Program-made: the position numbers and the translations under genes | Shown: one piece after another, positions 1-11,740 of the stretch | Position numbering within the stretch: the first letter of the stretch is position 1 | Layout of the letters: each line of letters starts with the position of its first letter | The notes under the pieces: model-generated | Databases searched by the model: none | What the model was told of the DNA's origin: nothing | What the model saw: only the letters and a program-made list of their open reading frames with translations | Source: Camelus dromedarius | Taxonomy: Eukaryota | Assembly: GCF_036321535.1 (NCBI RefSeq) | Contig: NC_087437.1 | Span: 116,624,001-116,688,000 of the forward strand | DNA length: 64,000 bases | Direction of reading: 5' to 3'

Positions 1-19
1 TATTTCTCTCTCCGTGATC

Positions 20-157
20 ACATGTGTGCGTTCCCGTTTGGCACACACCTAGGGAAGGAACTGCTAGGTCATAGGGTTTGTGGATTGTCAGATTTAGTGA
101 GTTCTGCCAAGTAGCTTTCCCAAGCAGCTGCCCAAATTTATACTCCTACCAGCAGTC
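20..157 (-). mobile_element. Ancient L1 (L1M-type) ORF2 3' fragment
   Basis: acctagg..ggaactgctaggtcatagg ... aatttatactcctaccagcagt resembles the antisense of the L1 ORF2 C-terminal region. Confidence 0.6.
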
Positions 158-1299
158 AAAAAGTCGCTAAGATTTGGTTAACAAAAAACTCTAATCCTCT
201 CTCAAGCCATGCATGAATACTGAAGAAATCTCTTCTCTACCACGTCAGCATGACCTGAGGGCTTAAGTATTAAATATTTTTTGCTTTCTTAGAACAAAAG
301 TAAGAGTTAGCTGTACTGCTTTTTTTGACAGGAAGGAGACTAGAAAGAAGTGTGTGCTGATAAGCATTCAGGACTCCTTCCCAAGATGAATGAATAATGT
401 AAAATAAATAAAGGTCAATAAAATGGCACAAAATAACAGTTAAGAGCTGCCAAGCTCATGCCAGATGGTGGTTAGAGAACCGGATGTTCCAGGAAACGAT
501 GGTTCTTGTTTTGAACTCAGCTGGCCCAAATCTGGGTAAAATTGGACATGCCAAACTCTCAGGGCAGTCTGACAACAATGCTTAACCTATTTTGCAAAGA
601 AGAATTTCCTTGGGCGCATCGGGAACAAAATGCTGATGAAAATTTTAAGACTCATGGGATACATTTTCTAATAATTTTCCAATTTTTCTCACTGATGCAT
701 CATTTTTTAGCATCATTAGCTCAAAAAAAAAAAAGTTGAAAGAAATTGAAAGTGAGCATCCAGACTCACTGGAGACTTAAAAAGGCAAAGTCTCTTTTAC
801 GCTGCAGGAACATACAATGGAACCACAGTTACAAAGACAAACCCCTTTGTGATGACTTCCCATTGGATCTGAAGAGGGTGTACAGTGTAGGACGCAAACC
901 TACATAGAGGGGCATAGAATATTTCCAGAACAAGATAAATATCCTGCCAGATTTATTCTCTCCTTAAAATCCATCAGTGTTTTCTTCGCATTGTCTAAAA
1001 TCCCCGCTTTTTGACATGGCATCCAAAGACTTCCATGAGCTAGCCTTTGCCCCGCAGCCTCCGTCCCATCGCACTGCCTTTCACCCTCCCCTTTGCACGC
1101 CTCGTTCTGGCTGGAGAGAACCATCTCCAGCTCAGACAATCTGCTCTGCCATCTCAGAATCCCTTCTCTGAGGAGCCCTCTCTGACCTTCTCATCAAGGT
1201 CACCTGTAACCTCCCTTTTGCCCAAACACATGGTCCTTTCTCGGTCCCTCTCTTAGTGGCCCGCCCGACTTCCACTGTGTTCTGGGAAACTTATCGGCC

Positions 1300-1555
1300 A
1301 GACTGTCCTCCCTCACCGGATTCTTCCTCCTCTGCCTCCTCCTCCTAGCCCTGAAAGTCGAGGTACCCAAGGCTCCAGTTCTGAGGCTCTCTTCACCTTT
1401 ATCTCCATCACCTCCTTATTTGATCTTGACTGGTTTCATGGCTTTAATTGCCATTGAATATGCCACCAGTCCCCTAACTTTATATCCCCACCCCAGCTTT
1501 CTTTCTGAGCTCCAGTTTCCTGCTCCACACTCCTACCTGGGTGTCTGCCAGGCGT
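1300..1555 (+). mobile_element. L2 LINE fragment (left of the LTR insertion)
   Basis: catggctttaattgccattgaatatgcc...tttatatccccaccccagc...ctgagctccag resembles L2 3' region. Confidence 0.7.
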
Positions 1556-1984
1556 GTCCTGGACCTGCACTGCGCAGGCACATCCCTCCCCAGGTACTGT
1601 TGGCTGCTAACGGCACACAACTGCACCCTTTCCGGAGTGCTGCCTTGGCTGATGGATGATGCCCCAACTCATGAAAACCTTCACCCAGAAATGTTGGGGA
1701 GATTGTACCCTAGAATAAGGAGCAGGCGCCCTAGCCAATGACTAGCTCGTACAGTGACACAGAAGCCCAGCCTCTGTGCATCCAGGAGGGACACCTCTAC
1801 GGTGCCATTCAGGCCTCCTGTGGGCTCAGGCTGAGAGGAGACTCCAGCTGCAACCACGTCTTTGCGCAGCTGTTCCCCCGCCCTGTCCCGCACCACTTTG
1901 TCCTGAGAGCTCCTCCTCTATAAATCGCTTGCACAAAAATCCCCAGCTCAGGCTCTGCTTCAAGGAAACCCTAGATCTAAGAGC
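1556..1984 (+). mobile_element. ERVL solo LTR, LTR16-like, nested in L2
   Basis: Typical 3' end ataaatcgcttgcacaaaaatccccagctcaggctctgcttcaaggaaaccc; L2 resumes after it. Confidence 0.75.
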
Positions 1985-2059
1985 AGCATTTTCCCCTTCC
2001 TGGCCCCAACCGCGCTGTGGTTGGCTCCTCCCGCCCACATGTCTCCTGTGATCTGTGGA

Positions 2060-2300
2060 TCCGCTTCACCCAGAGCAGAAACCCAGACCTTGTCCTGTTT
2101 CCTCTCCTTTCTCCTGCCCCAGATCCAATCCGTCAGCAAATCCTGTCATCCTCACCTTTAAAATACATCCTCCATCTGACCCCTTCCTGGACCATTGGAA
2201 GAGCCTCCTCACTGGCGTCTGCCTCCCAAATCCTCCCAAGATGCAAACAGAACCAAGTTCCCCGTCTGCTCAGAGTGCCTCTCTGGAGGCTTCCCGTTGT
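2060..2300 (+). mobile_element. L2 LINE fragment (continuation)
   Basis: atccaatccgtcagcaaatcctgtcatcctcacctttaaaatacatcc...gagcctcctcactggcgtct. Confidence 0.7.
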
Positions 2301-2885
2301 GCCTGGAATTACCTCACTCCCACCACTCACCTTCATACTCCTCCGCAAGAGGGAAAATGACATCTCTAGAATGTTTTTAAATCCCTGTTTAAGGTGCAAT
2401 TAGAGATATTCATTTCGTGTGCTTTATGCAGATACATGGTACTTCTGCTACCATCACTGCTGAATGTTCATCCTTTACAAATTCAAAGCAAGAAAACATT
2501 TGAGGAGTCTTAAAAAAACCCAGTACATAGCCTGTCTAAAAACCATATTTATTAACAATGCAACCTGCTTTATCTTTAAAGGAAGACAAAATAACCGTGG
2601 GCAATGGATAAAAGCAAAGAGTGGATACTCACCATAGTATGAAAGTCAACATGCTTTTTAATGTTCCCGGGCCATCTGAATAGGGTGTGGGAAGCGTATG
2701 CAGTGCTTTCCTGTGCCGCCCTCTTTTCTCCACTAGGGAGAAGATCAATCACACATGGGGAAAAGATTCTCAGTCAGGAACTGCCTTTCAAAACAGCTAA
2801 GTGCGATATTTAAGCAAAAAGCATCCCTTGTCCCTAAGACAAGTACTGCTGGATCTCGGTGCCTCCTCCAAGACCCAGTTCAAAT

Positions 2886-3310
2886 TCGTTTTGCAGCCAC
2901 ATGGATGGACCTAGAGATGATCATACTGAGTGAAGCTGGTCAGACAGAGAAAGGCAAATGCCATGTGAAATCACTTATATGTGGAACCTAAAAAAATTAT
3001 ACAAATAAACTTCTTTACAAAACAGAAATAGACTCACAGACATAGAAAATAAATGTATGGTTATCAAAGGGGAAAGGAGGGTAGGATAAATGAGGAGTTT
3101 GGGACTGACAGATACACATCAGTACACATAAAACAGATAAACAACAAGGACCTACTGTACAGCACAGGGAACTACATTCAATATCTAGTAATAACGTATC
3201 CGAAAAAAATCTGAAAAAGAACATATATATATATGTATAACTGAATCACTTTGCTGTACACCTGAAACTAACACAACATTGTAAATCAACTGTACTCCAA
3301 TTAAAAAGAA
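2886..3310 (+). mobile_element. 5'-truncated cetartiodactyl-type L1 3' end, inserted in an L2 3' end
   Basis: Encodes [15 protein letters not shown] (ORF2 C-terminus); full 3'UTR ending tgtaaatcaactgtactccaattaaaaa. Confidence 0.9.
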
Positions 3311-3319
3311 TTTTTTTAA

Positions 3320-3485
3320 AGTCATTTCCTCCATGAAGCCTTCCTGGCCTTCAACAGAGCCCGCTCTGTTGCCTGTGCATTTCCGCTTGATTTTGCCCTC
3401 TCACCTTCCTCTCCTTAACAGTAAGGCCAGGCCCTTGGCACAGATGGTGTTAAGTAAACGTTTGGTGATGAAATAATTGATTGAA
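3320..3485 (+). mobile_element. L2 3' terminus
   Basis: gtcatttcctccatgaagccttcc ... cttggcacagatggtgttaagtaaacgtttggtgatga. Confidence 0.6.
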
Positions 3486-3605
3486 AGTGTTAATCATCTA
3501 GAAAAGTGACTGTGGAGTTGGCTGCATGCCTTCTGACATTTCCCCACTTCCTTATGGGGAGATGAGGCATCTAAAATCCAGGAAGCTTAGCATTTTTCCA
3601 TACCA

Positions 3606-4356
3606 AGAGGGTGTGGAGAAAAGGAAACCTTCTTACACTGTTGGTGGAAATATAGTTTGGTGCAGTCATTTATGGAAAACAGTATGGAGATACCTCAAAA
3701 AACTAAAATAGACTTACCATATGATCCAGCCTTCCCATTCCTGGACATATATCTGGAGGGAACTCAAATTTGAGAAGATACATGCACCCCAATTTTCCTA
3801 GCAGCACTATATACAATAGCCAAGACAAGGAAACAACCTAAATGCCTATTGACAGATGACTGAATAAAAAAGCTGTGTTATATTTATACATATATAAAAA
3901 GAATAAAATAATGCCACTTGCAGCAATGTGGACGGACCTGGAGATCGTCATTCTAACTGAAGTAAGCCAGAGAGAGAAAGAAAAATACTATGTATCACTC
4001 ATATGAGGAATCTTTAAAAAAAAAAAAAAAAAAAAGACACAACTGAACTTATTTACAAAACAGAAGCGGACTCTCAGACATAGAAAACAAACTTATGGTT
4101 ATGGGAGGGGGTGGGGGTGGGTGGAGGGATAAATTGGGAGTTCAAGATTTGCAGATACTGACTACTATATATAGAATAGATAAACAACAAGTTTCGACTG
4201 TACAGCACAGAGAACTATATTCAATATCTTGTAGTGACCTATAATGAAAAAGAATATGAAAATGAATATATGTGTGTGTTTGTGTGACTGAAACATTTGC
4301 TGTACACCAGAAACTGACATAACATTGTAAATTGACTTTACTTCAATTAAAAAAAA
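3606..4356 (+). mobile_element. Camelid-type L1, 5'-truncated (ORF2 end + 3'UTR)
   Basis: [27 protein letters not shown]2 remnant; internal A-run; ends cttcaattaaaaaaaa. Confidence 0.92.
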
Positions 4357-5924
4357 TTTGTCCACTAAGCCGTTGTCAACATGCATGAAAGGAGGCTCTT
4401 TTTGTCCTCTGCCAGGTTCAAAAAATATATCTAGTTGAACACTCTGCTGGTACAAGAACCTCTAAGTAAAAGCAAAGTTTGGGCATCCCAAATCAAACAT
4501 GCTATTGCCTGCTTAGAGATCAATCCAGCACACCTGCGTAAAAACTCCTTTCTAGAAAGGCTGCTTGTCCATCTGCTTCTGTTTGGAGCACCAGATATCC
4601 ATCTCGTGTGTGTCCGGGAGTCAGTGAGGACAGACAGTAAAAAAGGGACTCGAACACTCCTCTGGGCTGGAAATCACGACCTGCTCACTTAGAAAGTCTG
4701 CTCTTGGGGTGAACGGGATCCACCACCACTAGCTAGCTTTCCACGCCCAGAAAATCGGGGAGGAGTACGAATCTCTCCAGAGTTCTGGAAATAGACTCTG
4801 GGTGTGCAAGCCATTTGGCAAAGTTAAGCATTAAACATTTGGGAAGTCCAGTTTTGAGAACATTCAACAGACTCCATTTCCATGCACCTCCCATCATTTC
4901 AAACCCAAAAGTATAACGAACAATTCAAATTAGACAAAACATTGTAGTCTGGTGAAAATTCCAAAGAAAAAATGTTTCCAAAATTGTTCTCCTTTCTTTC
5001 CCTCTTTTTTTTTTTTTTTTAACAGACCATTATAGATGCTGGTCCTCTTTACAAAGGCATTTTAAATTGCGTGGGATGTCCCACATAGGACTGCACGTGA
5101 GCCTGGGGAGCCCTGGTGCCTTGCAAAGTGGCAGTTAGCACATTTATAAAGCTCAGCTTTTAGGTTTAACTACAAGGCACCTCTAGCAAGCCACCTGGTT
5201 ACAAGAATTGAATGACAGAAGAGATTTGTGTCCACGGGGACCCGCAGGTAGAGTGAGCCCTTTTTCTGTGTTCTCACGCTAATGGGAGCACAGCTGTCTC
5301 CCATCCCCCACCACTGGCAGCCTCAGCCCACCTGGCTTGCTCCCCATCGAAAGCAGCAGTGAGGGGTCTTGGTCCACCCTCTGAAGCTGGAAATGCGGCC
5401 AGTAAAGGTCCAGACCCTGTTTGCGAAGCTCTGGTTCCACTGACACCTGTGGGTCTCCATCCAATCTGACCCCAAGGGTGGACCTTGAGATCCCCTGCCC
5501 ATGTTAAGTCCTCAGAGATTCAGACAAACTGTCCTGCACCAAAGCCTTGACCACAACAGCAGTGCCAAGTGCAGCGGCGGGTTCCAGGGGTGATGCTAAA
5601 AATTAGGATGAAATAAGTAAATTTTCTCTCTGACTCTGTGGAACTTCAGTGGCCCCTCTGTCCCCACCATCTTGAAATAAAGGAGCGGCAGGAGCAGTGG
5701 CCCGACCCTTTCCCGGTGACCACGTGCAGCACTGGCTGTCCCTCAGACCCCACCCTGCCCACCTGCCCCCGTCTCCCCATCACCCCTCTCAGGGTGCTTC
5801 CTCCCTCTCGACACCTAGGAGAGTCTTTAGAAAAAAAAATCCTGCTTTCTCATCCGGAAAGTGATGCCAAAAACCATGTTCCTCGTTCTCCACAAAGTGA
5901 AAATTAAGCAACAGTATAGTATAA

Positions 5925-6450
5925 TTCAAACTGGCAAAGATTTAAAAAAAGAAACTCAATGACTTAATGTTGGTGAAGAGTGAGGAAGTAGATATTCTCA
6001 AATGCTGGGAAATATAAACTCATATAACCTTTCTCTTTTTTTTGGCTTTTTTTTTTTTTAAATGAGGGGGAGGTAATTAGGTTTATACATTTATTTCTGT
6101 TTGGAGTAGCTACTGGAGATTGAACCCAGGACCTCCTGTGTGCTGAGCATGTGCTCTACCACTGAGCTATACCCTCCCCACCAAACTCATATAACCTTTC
6201 CATACAGCAATTTGGTTACAAATAACAAAATTTTAAAAACTTCCATAGCCCCCTAATTTCACTTCAAGGAATTTGTTAAGAGGGAATAAAGAAGAATCTA
6301 TACAGAGACATATTCACTGGCATGTTTGTCTCAACTTTGTCCATAATAGTAAAAATTTGGAAATAATCTAATTTTTCAATAGGAAATTGGTTGAAGACTT
6401 GTGTATATAATAGAATATCACACAGCTATTAAAAATGATGTATAAAAATG
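5925..6450 (+). mobile_element. Ancient L1M ORF2-end fragment, interrupted by a SINE
   Basis: ctggcaaaga...tgttggtgaagagtgaggaa...cagcaatttgg...aatagtaaaaatttggaaataatctaa. Confidence 0.6.
6034..6182 (-). mobile_element. tRNA-Ala-derived camelid SINE (Vic-1 type)
   Basis: Reverse strand ggggagggtatagctcagtggtagagcacatgctcagcac..ggtcctgggttcaatc; A-rich tail; perfect 18-bp TSD aaactcatataacctttc at 6016-6033 and 6183-6200. Confidence 0.93.
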
Positions 6451-6540
6451 ATCATGGCATATTATAAGGTGAAAACTAAAGCAACTACCAAAGAAAACAT
6501 GCCCTATTACACCAGTTTTGTAAAAACCAAAATACACCTA

Positions 6541-7324
6541 CAGGCACACCTCAGAGGCATCGCGGGTTTGGTTCCAGACCACCGCAGTTACGTGTACCTG
6601 GTTTCCCAGTGCGTACAAAAGTTATGCTTACACTACACAGCAGCCTGTTAGGTGTGCAACCGTGTTACATCCAAGAAAACAATATACTTTCCTTTATTTA
6701 AAAATACTTTATTGCTTAAAGATGCCACCCATCATCTGAGCCTTCAGGAGTCATCACCTTTTTGCTGGGAGAGGGTCTTGCCTCGGTGTTGATGGCTGCT
6801 GACTGATCAGGGTGGCGGTTGTGAAGGTTGGGGCGTCAGAGGCAATTTCTTAAAAAAAGACAGCAATGAAGTTTGCCTCATTCATTGGTTCTTCTTTTCA
6901 CTTGAACACTTAGAGGGTTACTAAGTGACCTAATTTCAGTATTGTGGTATCTCAGGGGATAGGGAGGCCCAAGGAGAGGGAGAGAGATGGGGGAACAGCC
7001 AGTCTGTGGAGCAGCCACAACCCACACAGCATTTATTGATAAGTTCACTGTCTTACACAGGCGTGCTTCCTGTGGCTCCCAGTTACAAGGGTAACATCAA
7101 AGATCACTGATCGCACATCACTATAACAAATTATAATAATAAAAAAGCTTTAATATTGAGAATTATCAAAATGTGACACAGAGATACAAAGTGAGCAAAT
7201 ACTGTTGGAAAAATGGTGCAAATAGACTTGTTCTGCGTAGGGTTGCCACAATCCTTCAGTGTGTAAAAAACACAAAATCTGCAAAACATACTAAAATGAG
7301 CCACAATAAAATGAGGTATGCCTG
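6541..7324 (-). mobile_element. Internally deleted Tigger1-family (TcMar) DNA transposon
   Basis: TIRs caggcacacctca / tgaggtatgcctg; TA at 6539-6540; ends match recalled Tigger1 termini (caggcatacctc.ttttattg on minus; ggttccagaccaccgca). Confidence 0.88.
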
Positions 7325-7454
7325 GATTAACTAAAAAGAAAAAAAAATCCTAAAACATCACTGATGAACTTTAACAATGATACTTATGTCTAGAAACATC
7401 ATAGAAAATGCTTTGTTCTTCACATTTTACAGTTTTCTTATTTTAAACATCAAC

Positions 7455-8125
7455 AAACCTACACCACCTATTAGAATGGCCAAAATCTTTAAAACTGACA
7501 TCACTAAGTGCTGACAATGATGAGGAGCAGCAGGAACTCGCATTCATTGCTGGTGAGAACGGAAAATTTAGTAGGTGAGCAGATAAACAGCTGTGGTCCA
7601 TTCAGACAATGGAATATTACTCATTGCTAAAAAGAAATGAGTTATCAAGCCATGAAAAGATATAGAAGAACCTTACATGCCTATTACTAAGTGAGAGAAG
7701 TCAGTCTAAAAAGACTAAAGACTGTATGATTCCAACTCTATGAGACATTCTGGCAAAGGCTAAACTATGGAGACAGTAAAAAGGTCTGTGTTGCTAGGGG
7801 TGAGGGGGAGTTTACTAGGAAGAGCTCAGGGGATTTGGGGGCAGTGGAAACACTCCGTACGACACCCTAATGGTGGATCCAAGTCCTATATGTTTGTCCA
7901 AACCCATTGGATGTTCGGCACCAAGAGTGAACTTAATGTAAAGTATGGACCCTGGATGTAGACGATGTGTCACTGCAGGTTTATCAGTGGTGACAAAGGT
8001 ACCCTCCAGTGGGGGATGTTGACAGTGGGGAGGCTGTGCATGTGTGGGGGTAGGGGGGATATGGGAACTTTTTGTACCTTCCCCTCAATTTTGTTGTGAA
8101 CCCAAAAATGCTCTAAAAAATTATC
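7455..8125 (+). mobile_element. L1MC-type ancient L1 3' end
   Basis: actgtatgattccaactctatgagacattctggcaaaggc...gggggatgttgacagtgggg...caattttgttgtgaaccc..ctctaaaaaa. Confidence 0.85.
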
Positions 8126-8140
8126 TTTAAAATACTGAGG

Positions 8141-8268
8141 GGTGGGAGAGGGTGTAGCTCAGTGGTACAGCTCGTGCTTAGCATGCATGAGGTCCTAGTT
8201 TCAATCACCAGTACCTCCACTAAAATTTTATTTAAAAAAATAAACCTAGTTACCACCCCCCCAAAATA
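8141..8268 (+). mobile_element. tRNA-Ala-derived camelid SINE (Vic-1 type)
   Basis: gggtgtagctcagtggtacagctcgtgcttagcatgcatgaggtcctagtttcaatc...aaacctagttaccacccc, A-rich tail. Confidence 0.9.
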
Positions 8269-8798
8269 AGATTTATGAACCTTTGTTCCAAGTCATCAAG
8301 TAAAATATTAAATGATATCTTCCAGGGCTGACGACACATTTTCTCCCAATCATTCTCTGCATCGGTACTCTGGAAGGAGGAGCCTTTTCTCACTATCAAC
8401 TGCTCAAAGACACAGAGAGAGAGGACGCATAATTAAATAAGATGGCAGAAAAGTGAGAGCATTTTGTCAGTGACTCATAAACTCTGACACAGAACCTATT
8501 TTAGGAAAATTGCTCTGTTCTGCTTCCCCAGCACTTCCTTACATCAGTATTTTGATTAATTCTATCATTCTCCATCAAAATTTTGAGCCTACTATGTTCC
8601 AGGCACTGTGGTTGATGACCAGGACAAAGTCCCTACATTCGTGGGCTTACATCCCAGGGAGGACAGGCAGGGGGCGGGAGAGAGAACGGAGGTAAACGAG
8701 TAAGCAGTGCCAGGAGGAATAAGATAATCTCTGGTTGTGGTAAGTGTCATGAGAGACACAAGCCAGGTGATAGGATGAGAGCAACAGTAGGGAAGGGG

Positions 8799-9627
8799 AC
8801 AATGAGGTGTCATCTCACACTGGTCAGGGTGGCCATCATTCAAAAGCCCACAAATGATAAATGCCAGAGAGGGTGTGGAGAAAAGGAAACCCTCCTACAC
8901 TGCTGGTGGGAATGTAGTTTGGTGCAGCCATTATGGAAAACAGTATGGAGATTCCTCAAAAAACTAAAAATAGACTTACCCTATGATCCAGCAATCCCCC
9001 TCCTGGGCATATATCTGGAGAGAACTCTAATTTGAAAAGATACATGGACCCCAATGTTCACAGCAGCACTACTTACAATAGCCAAGACATGGAAACCTAA
9101 ATGTTCATTGACAGATGACTGGATAAAGAAGTTGTGGTATATTTATACAGTGGAATACTACTCAGCCAGAGAAAAGAGTAAAATAATGCCATTTGCAGTA
9201 ACATGGATGGGCCTAGAGATCATCACTCTTAGTGAAGTCAGCCAGAAAGAGAAAGAAAAATACCATATGATATCACTTAAATGTGGAATCTTAAAAAAAA
9301 AAAAAAAAAAGACAAATGAACTTATTTGCAAAACAGAAGCAGACTCTCAGACATAGAAAACAAGCTTATGGTCACCAGCGGGGAGAGGAGGTGAGAAGGG
9401 ATAAACTGGGGGTTAGAGATTTGCAGATACTAACTACAATATATAAGATAGATAAACAACAAGTTTCTACTGCATAGCACAGAGAACTATAGTCAATATA
9501 TTGTAGTGACCTATAATGAAAAAGAATCTGAAAGGGTATATATGTGTGTGTATGTGTGACTGAACTATTATGCTGTACACCAGAAACTGACACAACACTG
9601 TAAACTGACTACACTTCAATAAAAGAA
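8799..9627 (+). mobile_element. Camelid-type L1, 5'-truncated, with TSD
   Basis: ORF2 C-terminal CCHC region ([43 protein letters not shown]); TSD aacagta(a)gggaaggg at 8783-8797 and 9628-9643. Confidence 0.95.
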
Positions 9628-10005
9628 AACAGTAAGGGAAGGGCCTGCTTTAGGTCTGGAAAGGGCTCCCTGAGGGAGGAACTGGAGGGAGGAGCAGAGG
9701 GGAGCAGAGAAGAGGAGGGGAGGGTGTTTCTTGCAGGGGAGAAGGCAGGTGCAAAGACCTGGAGGCGGGATGTCGGCGTGTCTGAAGGTGGGTGGAGTCC
9801 AGCGAGTTCGGGTGAGAGTAGGATGAGGTGTGATGGGAGGCAGGGGAGAGTCTAGACCACAGCGAGCAATGTCTGGGCCACTTCAGCTTTGTGATGCCAG
9901 TGGCACATCAGAATGGAATTTATTGTTAGATCTGAACATCTGGAGCTCAGGGGAGGGACTGGGGCTGCAGATATAACTCTGTGGAGTTTCCAGCATTGAT
10001 GGGAC

Positions 10006-10112
10006 TTGGGTGCCCAACTCACCCCAGTTTGCTTGGGACTTTCCTGGTTTCAAAGTCCCACATTCCGTGAAACCCCTCAGTCCCAAGCACACTGCGGTGG
10101 TTGGTCACCCTG
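10006..10112 (-). mobile_element. MER81 (hAT-Blackjack MITE)
   Basis: TIRs gggtgcccaac / gttggtcaccc; internal gggactgaggggtttc..gggacttt on reverse strand. Confidence 0.85.
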
Positions 10113-10439
10113 ACATTAAAGCTTTAAAAAAGGGTAACATTACTGGGGAAAAGAGTGTTGATGGAGAAGAAAAGAGGCCCCGGACGTGGTCCCAGGCACT
10201 TCAGCACTTAGCGGTCAGAGAGGAGAGGCCCTGTTCAGGCCTCTCTTAGAATCAGACCAGAGACGTTCCATGCAGTGAAGTGGAGGGCAGTCCGCAGAGC
10301 TGCCGTTAATTTTATGACTTGGAAGGGAATGGGCTCGGGGAGTCAGGGTGCAGAGCAGAGGCCCCAGCGTCACCCAGTGGGGATCACAGAAGCGGTGGGC
10401 ATGCTGAAGATGAGGAGGCTTGCCTTGGGGTGGGGGCCA

Positions 10440-10760
10440 GGGTAGGGAGTGGGGTTTTCCAGGCAAAGCAGCAGAGCACAAAGGTCAGAGAAAGAAGTTC
10501 AGAGACACGTGGGTCCAAGACGAGGTAGTCAAGGCCAGGAGGCGGGGCCAGGACTTTGCCCTTCATTCTGTGGGCCGAGGGGCACAAAGGATGGCTTTGG
10601 GGCATGAGAATGACGGGATGAGATTTGCATTTTAAAGGAATCAATGGCTTGAATGTAAAGAAGAAATTTGAGGAGGATAGGGATGGAGATGAGGAGAACC
10701 TCTGTGGGGGTGGAGCAGTCTTGGTGGGCGTAGTGTGGCCTGAACAGTGGTGGAGATGAT
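10440..10760 (-). mobile_element. L2 fragment
   Basis: ggactttgcccttcattctg...gagaatgacgggatgagatttgcattttaaaggaatca. Confidence 0.6.
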
Positions 10761-11357
10761 TATTCGGGGCACGGGGGTGGACATTGATCAGGTTGGGTGG
10801 GACGGAGGCTGGTGAGGATGGTGGGTGAGGCTCGAGGGGCCGAAGCCGCAATCAGTTCAATTCTGTTTTGCTCACAAAGTGTTTCCTGTCCCTGGGGCAT
10901 CCAAGGGGCCCGGAGGGTGTCCTGGGCCTGCAGCTGTGGTCCTCACCAGAGGGCCAGGGCAGGAGACCAGGGGTGAATCATCAGCGTCCTAAGAAAAGAC
11001 TTAGGAAAGTACATCCCTGTTTAGCAAAATAGTAATAAGTAAAAGAATAAAAACACAATTGAATCGGGGGAACCAGAGAGAGTAAACGAAAGGTTAATGT
11101 GAGTGACTTAAAGGTTTTCCCTTGCGCTTGTCTCTGCTCTCTAAAATTTCCCCCACCGACATAAATTATTCTTTACAAAAGAAAAATCAATAAAATGCTA
11201 TCTTTAAGGGGAAAATGTGTAGTAGTCAGTGAAAAGGAGGGGTTAGCGTTGAAAGATGAGGATGATGTCAGAGGTGTGAAAGGCCACAGGGAGCCCCACC
11301 GCTGTCCCCTGGCCTCGCCCGCCAAGGGCATTATTCGCCGCTGGCTCCCACTTCCGG

Positions 11358-11359
<2 letters not shown>

Positions 11360-11407
<48 letters not shown>
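11360..11407. repeat. (AC)24 microsatellite
   Basis: Perfect dinucleotide run. Confidence 0.98.
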
Positions 11408-11409
<2 letters not shown>

Positions 11410-11629
11410 TGGGTCTCTTCAGATAATGTTCGTTTCCTGGCAGATTACGCCCCATGGAATGCTGATGCCCTGACAACCTAGAACCACACCCCCACCACCA
11501 TCCCAGTTCCTCCATTCCTTTGATTTTCACCAGGATAAATTAGGCACCGTCTGTGCCCGTGGCAGGCCCAGGGGTGAAGACGGAGACGTGCCTCTTCTGC
11601 CTGCCCGTCCTGTTCTCTCTTCACCTTCA

Positions 11630-11740
11630 CAGCCAACTAAGTATTACTCTCATTTTCTGTTTAGAAACCGAGACTCGGATGTATTGAGTAATTTGCCCCA
11701 AATCACAGAGCCAGTGAGCGGCAGGACGGAATCTGTGCTG
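11630..11740 (-). mobile_element. MIR SINE fragment
   Basis: cattttctgtttagaaaccgagactcggatgtattgagtaatttgccccaaatcacagagc (MIR core). Confidence 0.65.

Larger units (their letters stand above)
8550..10230 (-). mobile_element. L2 LINE, interrupted by an L1 and a MER81
   Basis: ttgagcctactatgttccaggcactgtg; gcaaagacctggagg; tctggagctcaggggagggactggggctgcagatataa. Confidence 0.7.

Noticed and set aside
8775..9356. ORFs with a CCHC zinc-knuckle motif
   Set aside because: Interrupted C-terminus of L1 ORF2p in a 5'-truncated copy, not a host gene
10384..10851. 155-aa Pro-rich ORF on minus strand
   Set aside because: Overlaps a decayed L2 fragment; no homology recognised
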